From NCBI GenBank assembly GCA_038087875.1, contig CM075988.1, positions 12,092,001 through 12,156,000 of the forward strand: DNA of 64,000 nt, written 5' to 3'. The notes under the pieces are model-generated. The model was not told the origin of the DNA and made no database searches. It saw only the letters and a list, made by a program, of their open reading frames with translations. This document shows, one piece after another, positions 61,904 through 64,000 of this stretch; the stretch's first letter is position 1; the number at the start of each line of letters is the position of its first letter. A program made the position numbers and the translations under genes. The DNA is from Malacoraja senta. Lineage: Eukaryota.

Positions 61904-63125
61904 GGTGTTGCGGTGCATAGTACTGGTTGCGGTGCATAGTACTGATGGAATTTGGACAATGAAATGTAGCATAAAACCAGAATAAATCTCATTCCAAAAT
62001 CCCTTTGAATGAAACAATGGTGTTTGATTTACGGCTCAGTAACCTCAAAACATTATTGGCAATTCTAAGCCAATACGGAGTCATGCGCTCCTTGAATAGA
62101 AGAATGCTCATGAGCAGTTGCCTGTTAACATCAATTTATTTTTGTTCCAAAATAGTCATATGTTCAAAGAAAGTATGAGTTTTCTGTTGTATTGATGAGC
62201 TGTCATATGTGCATTCAATTGCTAAATGTGCTAGGTTGATGAGGAATGGATTTTTCAATATGTTGCAAACCATCTTCAAAATAGCTTATTTTCAGTTTAT
62301 CTTGACATTTGCCTTCCTACATTTATCGGTCAACTATTTTTAGCAGTTAACTAATGCGCAAAATATCATTTACAGCAGATAACAAACACACAAGGTCTAA
62401 AAGACGGTGTGAACGAGGACATTATGTGTGACTTTAACTCCACTTTGCAGAATTCCATTGGAATAAGCATCGTTGAAGCCAGATCATTGACACTTTTCAT
62501 TTTTCACAGAACACCCTTCTCAATCTGACCTTCCTTCAAGGAGTTATCCAAGATTAATCACAATGAGTGCCATCAGTATGAATTAAAAACAACTTTTTGT
62601 GCATATTTTTCATTTTTCTGCCAACACCTAAGATCTTGGGAAACATCTTCTGTTTATAGTCCAATCAGGCAGACGGATATCAAGATGTTGCTTGGTTCAT
62701 CACTGATTGTAACTGTAACTCACTGGTTTCAGAGAGGCATCTGCACATGTGTGCAGAGGTCTTTATCAAAGACTAAGGATATGTTAATGAGCTGAGGAAA
62801 TCATGCTGTTTCTCAACATTTCCGATTTTCTTATTAAGTTCATAAGTTCATAAGTTATAGGAGTTGAATTAGGTATTTGGCCCGTCAAGTCCACTCTGCC
62901 ATTCAATCATGGCTGTTCTATCTTTTCCCTATCAACACCATTCTTCTGCCTTCTCCCCATAACCCCTGACGCCCGTACTAATCAAGTCTGGGTTAATTAA
63001 GGTCAATTTGTGCAAAGTGTGTATATAGTTTGTGGATTCTGAAATGCTTTCCACTTGGGAATGTGCAGTACAAGGGGAGTGGAAGAATTGCATAGTTGAA
63101 CATACCCTTCCCACCTCCTGTACAG

Positions 63126-63680
63126 ATCTTCGGCAGTCCCTTGGGGACAATGACAGCTGTTGTGGGTTATGAGGAAGTTAACGTGGCCATTGTGGGAGCT
63201 CCACAGCTGGAGGGGGTGGGATGGGATTTGCAGGTAGTGAGCCTCTCTGGTGGCTGAAACAGAGCAGCTTCATCCTGCAAACGCACAGACTTGATATATT
63301 CAAGACCAAGCCGAATGCTGCTCCTCCACTTTGACCAGGCGTTGGCCAGATATGTCAAGAGGTTGGTAGGAATGGTGGATTTCCACAAGGTGGCCTTTGA
63401 GTACCATTGTTGAATATTTTCCTCACATCATTGGTGATCTCTTGCCAGGTAGGACTTTGATTGGACCATCTGTTCCCACAAGTGAAAGATGAGCCTTCTC
63501 AACACCGCCGACTGAGAGTAATTAGGTCTCACTACCAGGGTCACTGACCTTGTAGAGAACACTGACATTGGTTCACTTATCCTTTCAGTTAATTTGGAGG
63601 AGTTTATGGAGACAATGGCTGTAACTGCATGCACTCTGTCCTGTAACAATACAGAAGGATACACATGTCCTTTCAAAAAC
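63126..63680 (-). mobile_element. Degraded RTE LINE 3' fragment
   Basis: Minus frames KDK*TNVSVL and IPTNLLTYLANAWSKWRSSIR resemble the RTE C-terminus (QDKRTNVSVL; IP.D.WE.LA.DRSKWR.SIR). 3' end gtcattgtccccaagggactgccgaagat. Confidence 0.65.
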
Positions 63681-64000
63681 CAGTAAATTAAAATCTAGAC
63701 TGCAGAATGAAGTGTAACACTTCACAGAGAATAGGACACATCCTTTCAAGGAATCTCACTTCACTTTGCATCACTATGGGATTATATCCATGCTCAGGGC
63801 TTACAGTACCAGGTGCATGAAGCTGATCATAAACACAGAATTAATAGCTATTGTGCTGATGCGGGGTACTTTGCTTGATCTTGGTTGGGTTGTAAATGTT
63901 GTCAGGAAATGTCACAGCTCTTTCACACCATCTTTAATGTTGCAGCAAAGTGATTTCTGCTATGAAATGATAATGACGACAGCCCGTGAGCAGAGGCAGT

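Noticed and set aside
61178..61939. Long overlapping ORFs (up to 205 aa) on both strands
   Set aside because: They lie in a GC-rich non-autonomous repeat where stops are rare, have low-complexity P/R/A/S composition, and show no recognisable domain.

Overview
This looks like vertebrate non-coding DNA, most likely a large intron or intergenic stretch of an elasmobranch (skate or ray) genome. That assignment is inferred from the repeat types present. I could not recognise any host protein-coding exon, rRNA gene or true tRNA gene. Nearly all listed ORFs are chance frames or transposon debris. The window is a mosaic of: tRNA-derived HE1/V-SINE-like SINEs; CR1, Rex1/Babar, L2 and RTE LINE fragments; about 20 Penelope-like (PLE) derivatives; a decayed, CpG-rich, 5'-truncated Gypsy (Mag-like) pol with its 3' LTR; a second LTR with a tRNA-Trp primer-binding site; an 818-bp solo LTR; four PIF/Harbinger-type MITEs; a 73-bp piggyBac-like mini-MITE; a hAT-like element; and a probable non-autonomous Helitron. 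The most notable signals are: (i) minimal hammerhead-ribozyme motifs repeated in the PLE derivatives, (ii) a 14-bp stem that loops out the PBS and abuts the polyA signal of a 5' LTR, (iii) a whole-element fold-back MITE and a MITE-internal CpG/CRE-like minisatellite, (iv) CTCF- and YY1-like motifs in a Gypsy LTR, (v) an old local duplication and a templated 44-bp capture, and (vi) a GATA/CCAAT/CACCC cluster followed by a splice donor. I see no evidence for a wholly new multi-gene system. Everything was read by eye, so boundaries of degenerate repeats are approximate.
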